Shown: positions 40,014 to 55,620 of the stretch, piece after piece | How the letters are laid out: each line of letters starts with the position of its first letter | Position numbering within the stretch: position 1 is the first letter of the stretch | From: Auanema rhodensis | Lineage: Eukaryota > Animalia > Nematoda | Assembly: GCA_964057225.1 (NCBI GenBank) | Contig: OZ059899.1 | Coordinates: 1,550,001 to 1,614,000 of the forward strand | Direction: 5' to 3' | Length of the DNA stretch: 64,000 nt | Notes under the pieces: model-generated | The model's input: the letters and a program-made list of their open reading frames with translations, nothing else | Database searches by the model: none | Told to the model about the DNA's origin: nothing | Program-made: the position numbers and the translations under genes

Positions 40014-43000
40014 TGAGAAACGCTTAATACAAAAATTAGTTATGATCGTTTGAAAAATGATGCATTAGTGTATGTTGAGTTTCCATGTACACTCAACATT
40101 GCTTCCAAAAACATTTTGACAAAAATTTTTTCGAAAAATTTCAAAATAATTTAGCAAAAAGTAGATGTTTTTAGATTCCTTTTTTCAAGGCAAAGACGAT
40201 GGACAATGTTATTCAACGAAAAAATTATTTCTTCAGGGTGAAAATCGAGGATATAAGTGTGAACTTATATCAGTTGATATCTCGGTGCATTTTTAAGCTA
40301 GCGCAAATCTGATAACACAGATCGACGCAGCTTAAAAATCCGCATCGAATGCACTATACTACATTGAGAAACGCTTAATACAAAAATTAGTTATGATCGT
40401 TTGAAAAATGATGCATTAGTGTATGTTGAGTTTCCATGTACACTCAACATTGCTTCCAAAAACATTTTGACAAAAATTTTTTCGAAAAATTTCAAAATAA
40501 TTTAGCAAAAAGTAGATGTTTTTAGATTCCTTCATTCAAGGCAAAGACGATGGACAATGTTATTCAACGAAAAAATTAATTCTTCAGGGTGAAAATCGAG
40601 GATATAAGTGTGAACTTATATCAGTTGATATCTCGGTGCATTTTTAAGCTAGCGCAAATCTGATAACACAGATCGACGCAGCTTAAAAATCCGCATCGAA
40701 TGCACTATACTACATTGAGAAACGCTTAATACAAAAATTAGTTATGATCGTTTGAAAAATGATGCATTAGTGTATGTTGAGTTTCCATGTACACTCAACA
40801 TTGCTTCCAAAAACATTTTGACAAAAATTTTTTCGAAAAATTTCAAAATAATTTAGGAAAAAGTAGATGTTTTTAGATTCCTTTTTTCAAGGCAAAGACG
40901 ATGGACAATGTTATTCAACGAAAAAATTATTTCTTCAGGGTGAAAATCGAGGATATAAGTGTGAACTTATATCAGTTGATATCTCGGTGCATTTTTAAGC
41001 TAGCGCAAATCTGATAACACAGATCGACGCAGCTTAAAAATCCGCATCGAATGCACTATACTACATTGAGAAACGCTTAATACAAAAATTAGTTATGATC
41101 GTTTGAAAAATGATGCATTAGTGTATGTTGAGTTTCCATGTACACTCAACATTGCTTCCAAAAACATTTTGACAAAAATTTTTTCGAAAAATTTCAAAAT
41201 AATTTAGCAAAAAGTAGATGTTTTTAGATTCCTTTTTTCAAGGCAAAGACGATGGACAATGTTATTCAACGAAAAAATTATTTCTTCAGGGTGAAAATCG
41301 AGGATATAAGTGTGAACTTATATCAGTTGATATCTCGGTGCATTTTTAAGCTAGCGCAAATCTGATAACACAGATCGACGCAGCTTAAAAATCCGCATCG
41401 AATGCACTATACTACATTGAGAAACGCTTAATACAAAAATTAGTTATGATCGTTTGAAAAATGATGCATTAGTGTATGTTGAGTTTCCATGTACACTCAA
41501 CATTGCTTCCAAAAACATTTTGACAAAAATTTTTTCGAAAAATTTCAAAATAATTTAGCAAAAAGTAGATGTTTTTAGATTCCTTCATTCAAGGCAAAGA
41601 CGATGGACAATGTTATTCAACGAAAAAATTAATTCTTCAGGGTGAAAATCGAGGATATAAGTGTGAACTTATATCAGTTGATATCTCGGTGCATTTTTAA
41701 GCTAGCGCAAATCTGATAACACAGATCGACGCAGCTTAAAAATCCGCATCGAATGCACTATACTACATTGAGAAACGCTTAATACAAAAATTAGTTATGA
41801 TCGTTTGAAAAATGATGCATTAGTGTATGTTGAGTTTCCATGTACACTCAACATTGCTTCCAAAAACATTTTGACAAAAATTTTTTCGAAAAATTTCAAA
41901 ATAATTTAGGAAAAAGTAGATGTTTTTAGATTCCTTTTTTCAAGGCAAAGACGATGGACAATGTTATTCAACGAAAAAATTATTTCTTCAGGGTGAAAAT
42001 CGAGGATATAAGTGTGAACTTATATCAGTTGATATCTCGGTGCATTTTTAAGCTAGCGCAAATCTGATAACACAGATCGACGCAGCTTAAAAATCCGCAT
42101 CGAATGCACTATACTACATTGAGAAACGCTTAATACAAAAATTAGTTATGATCGTTTGAAAAATGATGCATTAGTGTATGTTGAGTTTCCATGTACACTC
42201 AACATTGCTTCCAAAAACATTTTGACAAAAATTTTTTCGAAAAATTTCAAAATAATTTAGCAAAAAGTAGATGTTTTTAGATTCCTTTTTTCAAGGCAAA
42301 GACGATGGACAATGTTATTCAACGAAAAAATTATTTCTTCAGGGTGAAAATCGAGGATATAAGTGTGAACTTATATCAGTTGATATATCGGTGCATTTTT
42401 AAGCTAGCGCAAATCTGATAACACAGATCGACGCAGCTTAAAAATCCGCATCGAATGCACTATACTACATTGAGAAACGCTTAATACAAAAATTAGTTAT
42501 GATCGTTTGAAAAATGATGCATTAGTGTATGTTGAGTTTCCATGTACACTCAACATTGCTTCCAAAAACATTTTGACAAAAATTTTTTCGAAAAATTTCA
42601 AAATAATTTAGCAAAAAGTAGATGTTTTTAGATTCCTTTTTTCAAGGCAAAGACGATGGACAATGTTATTCAACGAAAAAATTATTTCTTCAGGGTGAAA
42701 ATCGAGGATATAAGTGTGAACTTATATCAGTTGATATATCGGTGCATTTTTAAGCTAGCGCAAATCTGATAACACAGATCGACGCAGCTTAAAAATCCGC
42801 ATCGAATGCACTATACTACATTGAGAAACGCTTAATACAAAAATTAGTTATGATCGTTTGAAAAATGATGCATTAGTGTATGTTGAGTTTCCATGTACAC
42901 TCAACATTGCTTCCAAAAACATTTTGACAAAAATTTTTTCGAAAAATTTCAAAATAATTTAGGAAAAAGTAGATGTTTTTAGATTCCTTTTTTCAAGGCA

Positions 43001-43170
43001 AAGACGATGGACAATGTTATTCAACGAAAAAATTATTTCTTCAGGGTGAAAATCGAGGATATAAGTGTGAACTTATATCAGTTGATATCTCGGTGCATTT
43101 TTAAGCTAGCGCAAATCTGATAACACAGATCGACGCAGCTTAAAAATCCGCATCGAATGCACTATACTAC
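40014..43170. repeat. 3-monomer periodicity (1053 bp)
   Basis: The TTTAGGAAAA variant occurs at ~40856, ~41909 and ~42962. CCTTCATTC occurs at ~40530 and ~41583. Confidence 0.85.
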
Positions 43171-45979
43171 ATTGAGAAACGCTTAATACAAAAATTAGTT
43201 ATGATCGTTTGAAAAATGATGCATTAGTGTATGTTGAGTTTCCATGTACACTCAACATTGCTTCCAAAAACATTTTGACAAAAATTTTTTCGAAAAATTT
43301 CAAAATAATTTAGCAAAAAGTAGATGTTTTTAGATTCCTTTTTTCAAGGCAAAGACGATGGACAATGTTATTCAACGAAAAAATTATTTCTTCAGGGTGA
43401 AAATCGAGGATATAAGTGTGAACTTATATCAGTTGATATATCGGTGCATTTTTAAGCTAGCGCAAATCTGATAACACAGATCGACGCAGCTTAAAAATCC
43501 GCATCGAATGCACTATACTACATTGAGAAACGCTTAATACAAAAATTAGTTATGATCGTTTGAAAAATGATGCATTAGTGTATGTTGAGTTTCCATGTAC
43601 ACTCAACATTGCTTCCAAAAACATTTTGACAAAAATTTTTTCGAAAAATTTCAAAATAATTTAGCAAAAAGTAGATGTTTTTAGATTCCTTTTTTCAAGG
43701 CAAAGACGATGGACAATGTTATTCAACGAAAAAATTATTTCTTCAGGGTGAAAATCGAGGATATATGTGTGAATTTATATCAGTTGATATATCGGTGCAT
43801 TTTTAAGCTAGCGCAAATCTGATAACACAGATCGACGCAGCTTAAAAATCCGCATCGAATGCACTATACTACATTGAGAAACGCTCAATACAAAAACTAG
43901 TTATGATCGTTTGAAAAATGATGCATTAGTGTATGTTGAGTTTCCATGTACACTCAACATTGCTTCCAAAAACATTTTGACAAAAATTTTTTCGAAAAAT
44001 TTCAAAATAATTTAGCAAAAAGTAGATGTTTTTAGATTCCTTTTTTCAAGGCAAAGACGATGGACAATGTTATTCAACAAAAAAATTAGTTCTTCAGGGT
44101 GAAAATCGAGGATATAAGTGTGAACTTATATCAGTTGATATCTCGGTGCATTTTTAAGCTAGCGCAAATCTGATAACACAGATCGACGCAGCTTAAAAAT
44201 CCGCATCGAATGCACTATACTACATTGAGAAACGCTTAATACAAAAATTAGTTATGATCGTTTGAAAAATGATGCATTAGTGTATGTTGAGTTTCCATGT
44301 ACACTCAACATTGCTTCCAAAAACATTTTGACAAAAATTTTTTCGAAAAATTTCAAAATAATTTAGCAAAAAGTAGATGTTTTTAGATTCCTTTTTTCAA
44401 GGCAAAGACGATGGACAATGTTATTCAACGAAAAAATTATTTCTTCAGGGTGAAAATCGAGGATATAAGTGTGAACTTATATCAGTTGATATATCGGTGC
44501 ATTTTTAAGCTAGCGCAAATCTGATAACACAGATCGACGCAGCTTAAAAATCCGCATCGAATGCACTATACTACATTAAGAAACGCTTAATACAAAAATT
44601 AGTTATGATCGTTTGAAAAATGATGCATTAGTGTATGTTGAGTTTCCATGTACACTCAACATTGCTTCCAAAAACATTTTGACAAAAATTTTTTCGAAAA
44701 ATTTCAAAATAATTTAGCAAAAAGTAGATGTTTTTAGATTCCTTTTTTCAAGGCAAAGACGATGGACAATGTTATTCAACGAAAAAATTATTTCTTCAGG
44801 GTGAAAATCGAGGATATAAGTGTGAACTTATATCAGTTGATATCTCGGTGCATTTTTAAGCTAGCGCAAATCTGATAACACAGATCGACGCAGCTTAAAA
44901 ATCCGCATCGAATGCACTATACTACATTGAGAAACGCTTAATACAAAAATTAGTTATGATCGTTTGAAAAATGATGCATTAGTGTATGTTGAGTTTCCAT
45001 GTACACTCAACATTGCTTCCAAAAACATTTTGACAAAAATTTTTTCGAAAAATTTCAAAATAATTTAGCAAAAAGTAGATGTTTTTAGATTCCTTCATTC
45101 AAGGCAAAGACGATGGACAATGTTATTCAACGAAAAAATTAATTCTTCAGGGTGAAAATCGAGGATATAAGTGTGAACTTATATCAGTTGATATCTCGGT
45201 GCATTTTTAAGCTAGCGCAAATCTGATAACACAGATCGACGCAGCTTAAAAATCCGCATCGAATGCACTATACTACATTGAGAAACGCTTAATACAAAAA
45301 TTAGTTATGATCGTTTGAAAAATGATGCATTAGTGTATGTTGAGTTTCCATGTACACTCAACATTGCTTCCAAAAACATTTTGACAAAAATTTTTTCGAA
45401 AAATTTCAAAATAATTTAGCAAAAAGTAGATGTTTTTAGATTCCTTTTTTCAAGGCAAAGACGATGGACAATGTTATTCAACGAAAAAATTATTTCTTCA
45501 GGGTGAAAATCGAGGATATAAGTGTGAACTTATATCAGTTGATATATCGGTGCATTTTTAAGCTAGCGCAAATCTGATAACACAGATCGACGCAGCTTAA
45601 AAATCCGCATCGAATGCACTATACTACATTGAGAAACGCTTAATACAAAAATTAGTTATGATCGTTTGAAAAATGATGCATTAGTGTATGTTGAGTTTCC
45701 ATGTACACTCAACATTGCTTCCAAAAACATTTTGACAAAAATTTTTTCGAAAAATTTCAAAATAATTTAGCAAAAAGTAGATGTTTTTAGATTCCTTTTT
45801 TCAAGGCAAAGACGATGGACAATGTTATTCAACGAAAAAATTATTTCTTCAGGGTGAAAATCGAGGATATATGTGTGAATTTATATCAGTTGATATATCG
45901 GTGCATTTTTAAGCTAGCGCAAATCTGATAACACAGATCGACGCAGCTTAAAAATCCGCATCGAATGCACTATACTACA

Positions 45980-48900
45980 TTGAGAAACGCTTAATACAAA
46001 AATTAGTTATGATCGTTTGAAAAATGATGCATTAGTGTATGTTGAGTTTCCATGTACACTCAACATTGCTTCCAAAAACATTTTGACAAAAATTTTTTCG
46101 AAAAATTTCAAAATAATTTAGCAAAAAGTAGATGTTTTTAGATTCCTTTTTTCAAGGCAAAGACGATGGACAATGTTATTCAACGAAAAAATTATTTCTT
46201 CAGGGTGAAAATCGAGGATATAAGTGAGAACTTATATCAGTTGATATATCGGTGCATTTTTAAGCTAGCGCAAATCTGATAACACAGATCGACGCAGCTT
46301 AAAAATCCGCATCGAATGCACTATACTACATTGAGAAACGCTTAATACAAAAATTAGTTAAGATCGTTTGAAAAATGATGCATTAGTGTATGTTGAGTTT
46401 CCATGTACACTCAACATTGCTTCCAAAAACATTTTGACAAAAATTTTTTCGAAAAATTTCAAAATAATTTAGCAAAAAGTAGATGTTTTTAGATTCCTTT
46501 TTTCAAGGCAAAGACGATGGACAATGTTATTCAACGAAAAAATTATTTCTTCAGGGTGAAAATCGAGGATATAAGTGTGAACTTATATCAGTTGATATCT
46601 CGGTGCATTTTTAAGCTAGCGCAAATCTGATAGCACAGATCGACGCAGCTTAAAAATCCGCATCGAATGCACTATACTACATTGAGAAACGCTTAATACA
46701 AAAATTAGTTATGATCGTTTGAAAAATGATGCATTAGTGTATGTTGAGTTTCCATGTACACTCAACATTGCTTCCAAAAACATTTTGACAAAAATTTTTT
46801 CGAAAAATTTCAAAATAATTTAGCAAAAAGTAGATGTTTTTAGATTCCATTTTTCAAGGCAAAGACGATGGACAATGTTATTCAACGAAAAAATTAATTC
46901 TTCAGGGTGAAAATCGAGGATATAAGTGTGAACTTATATCAGTTGATATCTCGGTGCATTTTTAAGCTAGCGCAAATCTGATAACACAGATCGACGCAGC
47001 TTAAAAATCCGCATCGAATGCACTATACTACATTGAGAAACGCTTAATACAAAAATTAGTTATGATCGTTTGAAAAATGATGCATTAGTGTATGTTGAGT
47101 TTCCATGTACACTCAACATTGCTTCCAAAAACATTTTGACAAAAATTTTTTCGAAAAATTTCAAAATAATTTAGCAAAAAGTAGATGTTTTTAGATCCCA
47201 TTTTTCAAGGCAAAAACGATGGACAATGTTATTCAACGAAAAAATTAATTCTTCAGGGTGAAAATCGAGGATATAAGTGTGAACTTATATCAGTTGATAT
47301 ATCGGTGCATTTTTAAGCTAGCGCAAATCTGATAACACAGATCGACGCAGCTTAAAAATCCGCATCGAATGCACTATACTACATTGAGAAACGCTTAATA
47401 CAAAAATTAGTTATGATCGTTTGAAAAATGATGCATTAGTGTATGTTGAGTTTCCATGTACACTCAACATTGCTTCCAAAAACATTTTGACAAAAATTTT
47501 TTCGAAAAATTTCAAAATAATTTAGCAAAAAGTAGATGTTTTTAGATTCCTTTTTTCAAGGCAAAGACGATGGACAATGTTATTCAACGAAAAAATTATT
47601 TCTTCAGGGTGAAAATCGAGGATATAAGTGTGAACTTATATCAGTTGATATATCGGTGCATTTTTAAGCTAGCGCAAATCTGATAACACAGATCGACGCA
47701 GCTTAAAAATCCGCATCGAATGCACTATACTACATTGAGAAACGCTTAATACAAAAATTAGTTATGATCGTTTGAAAAATGATGCATTAGTGTATGTTGA
47801 GTTTCCATGTACACTCAACATTGCTTCCAAAAACATTTTGACAAAAATTTTTTCGAAAAATTTCAAAATAATTTAGCAAAAAGTAGATGTTTTTAGATTC
47901 CTTTTTTCAAGGCAAAGACGATGGACAATGTTATTCAACGAAAAAATTATTTCTTCAGGGTGAAAATCGAGGATATAAGTGAGAACTTATATCAGTTGAT
48001 ATATCGGTGCATTTTTAAGCTAGCGCAAATCTGATAACACAGATCGACGCAGCTTAAAAATCCGCATCGAATGCACTATACTACATTGAGAAACGCTTAA
48101 TACAAAAATTAGTTAAGATCGTTTGAAAAATGATGCATTAGTGTATGTTGAGTTTCCATGTACACTCAACATTGCTTCCAAAAACATTTTGACAAAAATT
48201 TTTTCGAAAAATTTCAAAATAATTTAGCAAAAAGTAGATGTTTTTAGATTCCTTTTTTCAAGGCAAAGACGATGGACAATGTTATTCAACGAAAAAATTA
48301 TTTCTTCAGGGTGAAAATCGAGGATATAAGTGTGAACTTATATCAGTTGATATCTCGGTGCATTTTTAAGCTAGCGCAAATCTGATAACACAGATCGACG
48401 CAGCTTAAAAATCCGCATCGAATGCACTATACTACATTGAGAAACGCTTGATACAAAAATTAGTTATGATCGTTTGAAAAATGATGCATTAGTGTATGTT
48501 GAGTTTCCATGTACACTCAACATTGCTTCCAAAAACATTTTGACAAAAATTTTTTCGAAAAATTTCAAAATAATTTAGCAAAAAGTAGATGTTTTAAGAT
48601 TCCATTTTTCAAGGCAAAGACGATGGACAATGTTATTCAACGAAAAAATTAATTCTTCAGGGTGAAAATCGAGGATATAAGTGTGAACTTATATCAGTTG
48701 ATATCTCGGTGCATTTTTAAGCTAGCGCAAATCTGATAACACAGATCGACGCAGCTTGAAAATCCGCATCGAATGCACTATACTACATTGAGAAACGCTT
48801 AATACAAAAATTAGTTATGATCGTTTGAAAAATGATGCATTAGTGTATGTTGAGTTTCCATGTACACTCAACATTGCTTCCAAAAACATTTTGACAAAAA

Positions 48901-49050
48901 TTTTTTCGAAAAATTTCAAAATAATTTAGCAAAAAGTAGATGTTTTTAGATCCCATTTTTCAAGGCAAAAACGATGGACAATGTTATTCAACGAAAAAAT
49001 TAATTCTTCAGGGTGAAAATCGAGGATATAAGTGTGAACTTATATCAGTT
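45980..49050. repeat. 5-monomer period duplication (1755 bp)
   Basis: AAGTGAGAAC occurs at 46227 and 47982, GTTAAGATC at ~46361 and ~48116, and GATCCCA + GCAAAAACG at ~47197 and ~48952. Confidence 0.85.
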
Positions 49051-49309
49051 GATATCTCGGTGCATTTTTAAGCTAGCGCAAATCTGATAACACAGATCGA
49101 CGCAGCTTAAAAATCCGCATCGAATGCACTATACTACATTGAGAAACGCTTAATACAAAAATTAGTTATGATCGTTTGAAAAATGATGCATTAGTGTATG
49201 TTGAGTTTCCATGTACACTCAACATTGCTTCCAAAAACATTTTGACAAAAATTTTTTCGAAAAATTTCAAAATAATTTAGCAAAAAGTAGATGTTTTTAG
49301 ATTCCTTTA

Positions 49310-52300
49310 TTCAAGGCAAAGACGATGGACAATGTTATTCAACGAAAAAATTAATTCTTCAGGGTGAAAATCGAGGATATAAGTGTGAACTTATATCAGT
49401 TGATATCTCGGTGCATTTTTAAGCTAGCGCAAATCTGATAACACAGATCGACGCAGCTTAAAAATCCGCATCGAGTGCACTATACTACATTGAGAAACGC
49501 TTGATACAAAAATTAGTAATGATCGTTTGAAAAATGATGCATTAGTGTATGTTGAGTTTCCATGTACACTCAACATTGCTTCCAAAAACATTTTGACAAA
49601 AATTTTTTCGAAAAATTTCAAAATAATTTAGCAAAAAGTAGATGTTTTTAGATTCCTTTTTTCAAGGCAAAGACGATGGACAATGTTATTCAACGAAAAA
49701 ATTATTTCTTCAGGGTGAAAATCGAGGATATAAGTGTGAACTTATATCAGTTGATATCTCGGTGCATTTTTAAGCTAGCGCAAATCTGATAACACAGATC
49801 GACGCAGCTTAAAAATCCGCATCGAATGCACTATACTACATTGAGAAACGCTTAATACAAAAATTAGTTATGATCGTTTGAAAAATGATGCATTAGTGTA
49901 TGTTGAGTTTCCATGTACACTCAACATTGCTTCCAAAAACATTTTGACAAAAATTTTTTCGAAAAATTTCAAAATAATTTAGCAAAAAGTAGATGTTTTT
50001 AGATTCCTTTATTCAAGGCAAAGACGATGGACAATGTTATTCAACGAAAAAATTAATTCTTCAGGGTGAAAATCGAGGATATAAGTGTGAACTTATATCA
50101 GTTGATATCTCGGTGCATTTTTAAGCTAGCGCAAATCTGATAACACAGATCGACGCAGCTTAAAAATCCGCATCGAATGCACTATACTACATTGAGAAAC
50201 GCTTAATACAAAAATTAGTTATGATCGTTTGAAAAATGATGCATTAGTGTATGTTGAGTTTCCATGTACACTCAACATTGCTTCCAAAAACATTTTGACA
50301 AAAATTTTTTCGAAAAATTTCAAAATAATTTAGCAAAAAGTAGATGTTTTTAGATTCCTTCATTCAAGGCAAAGACGATGGACAATGTTATTCAACGAAA
50401 AAATTAATTCTTCAGGGTGAAAATCGAGGATATAAGTGTGAACTTATATCAGTTGATATCTCGGTGCATTTTTAAGCTAGCGCAAATCTGATAACACAGA
50501 TCGACGCAGCTTAAAAATCCGCATCGAATGCACTATACTACATTGAGAAACGCTTAATACAAAAATTAGTTATGATCGTTTGAAAAATGATGCATTAGTG
50601 TATGTTGAGTTTCCATGTACACTCAACATTGCTTCCAAAAACATTTTGACAAAAATTTTTTCGAAAAATTTCAAAATAATTTAGCAAAAAGTAGATGTTT
50701 TTAGATTCCTTTTTTCAAGGCAAAGACGATGGACAATGTTATTCAACGAAAAAATTATTTCTTCAGGGTGAAAATCGAGGATATAAGTGTGAACTTATAT
50801 CAGTTGATATATCGGTGCATTTTTAAGCTAGCGCAAATCTGATAACACAGATCGACGCAGCTTAAAAATCCGCATCGAATGCACTATACTACATTGAGAA
50901 ACGCTTAATACAAAAATTAGTTATGATCGTTTGAAAAATGATGCATTAGTGTATGTTGAGTTTCCATGTACACTCAACATTGCTTCCAAAAACATTTTGA
51001 CAAAAATTTTTTCGAAAAATTTCAAAATAATTTAGCAAAAAGTAGATGTTTTTAGATTCCTTTTTTCAAGGCAAAGACGATGGACAATGTTATTCAACGA
51101 AAAAATTATTTCTTCAGGGTGAAAATCGAGGATATATGTGTGAACTTATATCAGTTGATATATCGGTGCATTTTTAAGCTAGCGCAAATCTGATAACACA
51201 GATCGACGCAGCTTAAAAATCCGCATCGAATGCACTATACTACATTGAGAAACGCTCAATACAAAAACTAGTTATGATCGTTTGAAAAATGATGCATTAG
51301 TGTATGTTGAGTTTCCATGTACACTCAACATTGCTTCCAAAAACATTTTGACAAAAATTTTTTCGAAAAATTTCAAAATAATTTAGCAAAAAGTAGATGT
51401 TTTTAGATTCCTTTTTTCAAGGCAAAGACGATGGACAATGTTATTCAACAAAAAAATTAGTTCTTCAGGGTGAAAATCGAGGATATAAGTGTGAACTTAT
51501 ATCAGTTGATATCTCGGTGCATTTTTAAGCTAGCGCAAATCTGATAACACAGATCGACGCAGCTTAAAAATCCGCATCGAGTGCACTATACTACATTGAG
51601 AAACGCTTGATACAAAAATTAGTAATGATCGTTTGAAAAATGATGCATTAGTGTATGTTGAGTTTCCATGTACACTCAACATTGCTTCCAAAAACATTTT
51701 GACAAAAATTTTTTCGAAAAATTTCAAAATAATTTAGCAAAAAGTAGATGTTTTTAGATTTCTTTTTTCAAGGCAAAGACGATGGACAATGTTATTCAGC
51801 GAAAATTATTTCTTCAGGGTGAAAATCGAGGATATAAGTGTGAACTTATACCAGTTGATATCTCGGTGCATTTTTAAGCTAGCGCAAATCAGATAACACA
51901 GATCGACGCAGCTTAAAAATCCGCATCGAATGCACTATACTACATTGAGAAACGCTCAATACAAAAACTAGTTATGATCGTTTGAAAAATGATGCATTAG
52001 TGTATGTTGAGTTTCCATGTACACTCAACATTGCTTCCAAAAACATTTTGACAAAAATTTTTTCGAAAAATTTCAAAATAATTTAGCAAAAAGTAGATGT
52101 TTTTAGATTCCTTTTTTCAAGGCAAAGACGATGGACAATGTTATTCAACAAAAAAATTAATTCTTCAGGGTGAAAATCGAGGATATAAGTGTGAACTTAT
52201 ATCAGTTGATATCTCGGTGCATTTTTAAGCTAGCGCAAATCTGATAACACAGATCGACGCAGCTTAAAAATCCGCATCGAATGCACTATACTACATTGAG

Positions 52301-55300
52301 AAACGCTTAATACACAAATTAGGTATGATCGTTTGAAAAATGATGCATTAGTGTATGTTGAGTTTCCATGTACACTCAACATTGCTTCCAAAAACATTTT
52401 GACAAAAATTTTTTCGAAAAATTTCAAAATAATTTAGCAAAAAGTAGATGTTTTTAGATTCCTTCATTCAAGGCAAAGACGATGGACAATGTTATTCAAC
52501 GAAAAAATTAATTCTTCAGGGTGAAAATCGAGGATATAAGTGTGAACTTATATCAGTTGATATCTCGGTGCATTTTTAAGCTAGCGCAAATCTGATAACA
52601 CAGATCGACGCAGCTTAAAAATCCGCATCGAGTGCACTATACTACATTGAGAAACGCTTGATACAAAAATTAGTAATGATCGTTTGAAAAATGATGCATT
52701 AGTGTATGTTGAGTTTCCATGTACACTCAACATTGCTTCCAAAAACATTTTGACAAAAATTTTTTCGAAAAATTTCAAAATAATTTAGCAAAAAGTAGAT
52801 GTTTTTAGATTCCTTTTTTCAAGGCAAAGACGATGGACAATGTTATTCAACGAAAAAATTATTTCTTCAGGGTGAAAATCGAGGATATAAGTGTGAACTT
52901 ATATCAGTTGATATCTCGGTGCATTTTTAAGCTAGCGCAAATCTGATAACACAGATCGACGCAGCTTAAAAATCCGCATCGAATGCACTATACTACATTG
53001 AGAAACGCTTAATACAAAAATTAGTTATGATCGTTTGAAAAATGATGCATTAGTGTATGTTGAGTTTCCATGTACACTCAACATTGCTTCCAAAAACATT
53101 TTGACAAAAATTTTTTCGAAAAATTTCAAAATAATTTAGCAAAAAGTAGATGTTTTTAGATTCCTTTATTCAAGGCAAAGACGATGGACAATGTTATTCA
53201 ACGAAAAAATTAATTCTTCAGGGTGAAAATCGAGGATATAAGTGTGAACTTATATCAGTTGATATCTCGGTGCATTTTTAAGCTAGCGCAAATCTGATAA
53301 CACAGATCGACGCAGCTTAAAAATCCGCATCGAATGCACTATACTACATTGAGAAACGCTTAATACAAAAATTAGTTATGATCGTTTGAAAAATGATGCA
53401 TTAGTGTATGTTGAGTTTCCATGTACACTCAACATTGCTTCCAAAAACATTTTGACAAAAATTTTTTCGAAAAATTTCAAAATAATTTAGCAAAAAGTAG
53501 ATGTTTTTAGATTCCTTCATTCAAGGCAAAGACGATGGACAATGTTATTCAACGAAAAAATTAATTCTTCAGGGTGAAAATCGAGGATATAAGTGTGAAC
53601 TTATATCAGTTGATATCTCGGTGCATTTTTAAGCTAGCGCAAATCTGATAACACAGATCGACGCAGCTTAAAAATCCGCATCGAATGCACTATACTACAT
53701 TGAGAAACGCTTAATACAAAAATTAGTTATGATCGTTTGAAAAATGATGCATTAGTGTATGTTGAGTTTCCATGTACACTCAACATTGCTTCCAAAAACA
53801 TTTTGACAAAAATTTTTTCGAAAAATTTCAAAATAATTTAGCAAAAAGTAGATGTTTTTAGATTCCTTTTTTCAAGGCAAAGACGATGGACAATGTTATT
53901 CAACGAAAAAATTATTTCTTCAGGGTGAAAATCGAGGATATAAGTGTGAACTTATATCAGTTGATATATCGGTGCATTTTTAAGCTAGCGCAAATCTGAT
54001 AACACAGATCGACGCAGCTTAAAAATCCGCATCGAATGCACTATACTACATTGAGAAACGCTTAATACAAAAATTAGTTATGATCGTTTGAAAAATGATG
54101 CATTAGTGTATGTTGAGTTTCCATGTACACTCAACATTGCTTCCAAAAACATTTTGACAAAAATTTTTTCGAAAAATTTCAAAATAATTTAGCAAAAAGT
54201 AGATGTTTTTAGATTCCTTTTTTCAAGGCAAAGACGATGGACAATGTTATTCAACGAAAAAATTATTTCTTCAGGGTGAAAATCGAGGATATATGTGTGA
54301 ACTTATATCAGTTGATATATCGGTGCATTTTTAAGCTAGCGCAAATCTGATAACACAGATCGACGCAGCTTAAAAATCCGCATCGAATGCACTATACTAC
54401 ATTGAGAAACGCTCAATACAAAAACTAGTTATGATCGTTTGAAAAATGATGCATTAGTGTATGTTGAGTTTCCATGTACACTCAACATTGCTTCCAAAAA
54501 CATTTTGACAAAAATTTTTTCGAAAAATTTCAAAATAATTTAGCAAAAAGTAGATGTTTTTAGATTCCTTTTTTCAAGGCAAAGACGATGGACAATGTTA
54601 TTCAACAAAAAAATTAGTTCTTCAGGGTGAAAATCGAGGATATAAGTGTGAACTTATATCAGTTGATATCTCGGTGCATTTTTAAGCTAGCGCAAATCTG
54701 ATAACACAGATCGACGCAGCTTAAAAATCCGCATCGAGTGCACTATACTACATTGAGAAACGCTTGATACAAAAATTAGTAATGATCGTTTGAAAAATGA
54801 TGCATTAGTGTATGTTGAGTTTCCATGTACACTCAACATTGCTTCCAAAAACATTTTGACAAAAATTTTTTCGAAAAATTTCAAAATAATTTAGCAAAAA
54901 GTAGATGTTTTTAGATTTCTTTTTTCAAGGCAAAGACGATGGACAATGTTATTCAGCGAAAATTATTTCTTCAGGGTGAAAATCGAGGATATAAGTGTGA
55001 ACTTATACCAGTTGATATCTCGGTGCATTTTTAAGCTAGCGCAAATCAGATAACACAGATCGACGCAGCTTAAAAATCCGCATCGAATGCACTATACTAC
55101 ATTGAGAAACGCTCAATACAAAAACTAGTTATGATCGTTTGAAAAATGATGCATTAGTGTATGTTGAGTTTCCATGTACACTCAACATTGCTTCCAAAAA
55201 CATTTTGACAAAAATTTTTTCGAAAAATTTCAAAATAATTTAGCAAAAAGTAGATGTTTTTAGATTCCTTTTTTCAAGGCAAAGACGATGGACAATGTTA

Positions 55301-55620
55301 TTCAACAAAAAAATTAATTCTTCAGGGTGAAAATCGAGGATATAAGTGTGAACTTATATCAGTTGATATCTCGGTGCATTTTTAAGCTAGCGCAAATCTG
55401 ATAACACAGATCGACGCAGCTTAAAAATCCGCATCGAATGCACTATACTACATTGAGAAACGCTTAATACACAAATTAGGTATGATCGTTTGAAAAATGA
55501 TGCATTAGTGTATGTTGAGTTTCCATGTACACTCAACATTGCTTCCAAAAACATTTTGACAAAAATTTTTTCGAAAAATTTCAAAATAATTTAGCAAAAA
55601 GTAGATGTTTTTAGATTCCT
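49310..55620. repeat. 9-monomer higher-order repeat (3157 bp), two tandem copies
   Basis: ORF-marked monomers pair at 49424/52581, 51530/54687 and 52230/55387, all 3157 = 9x351-2 apart. Both copies share ACACAAATTAGGTA, ATATGTGTG and the 2-bp deletion. Confidence 0.93.
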
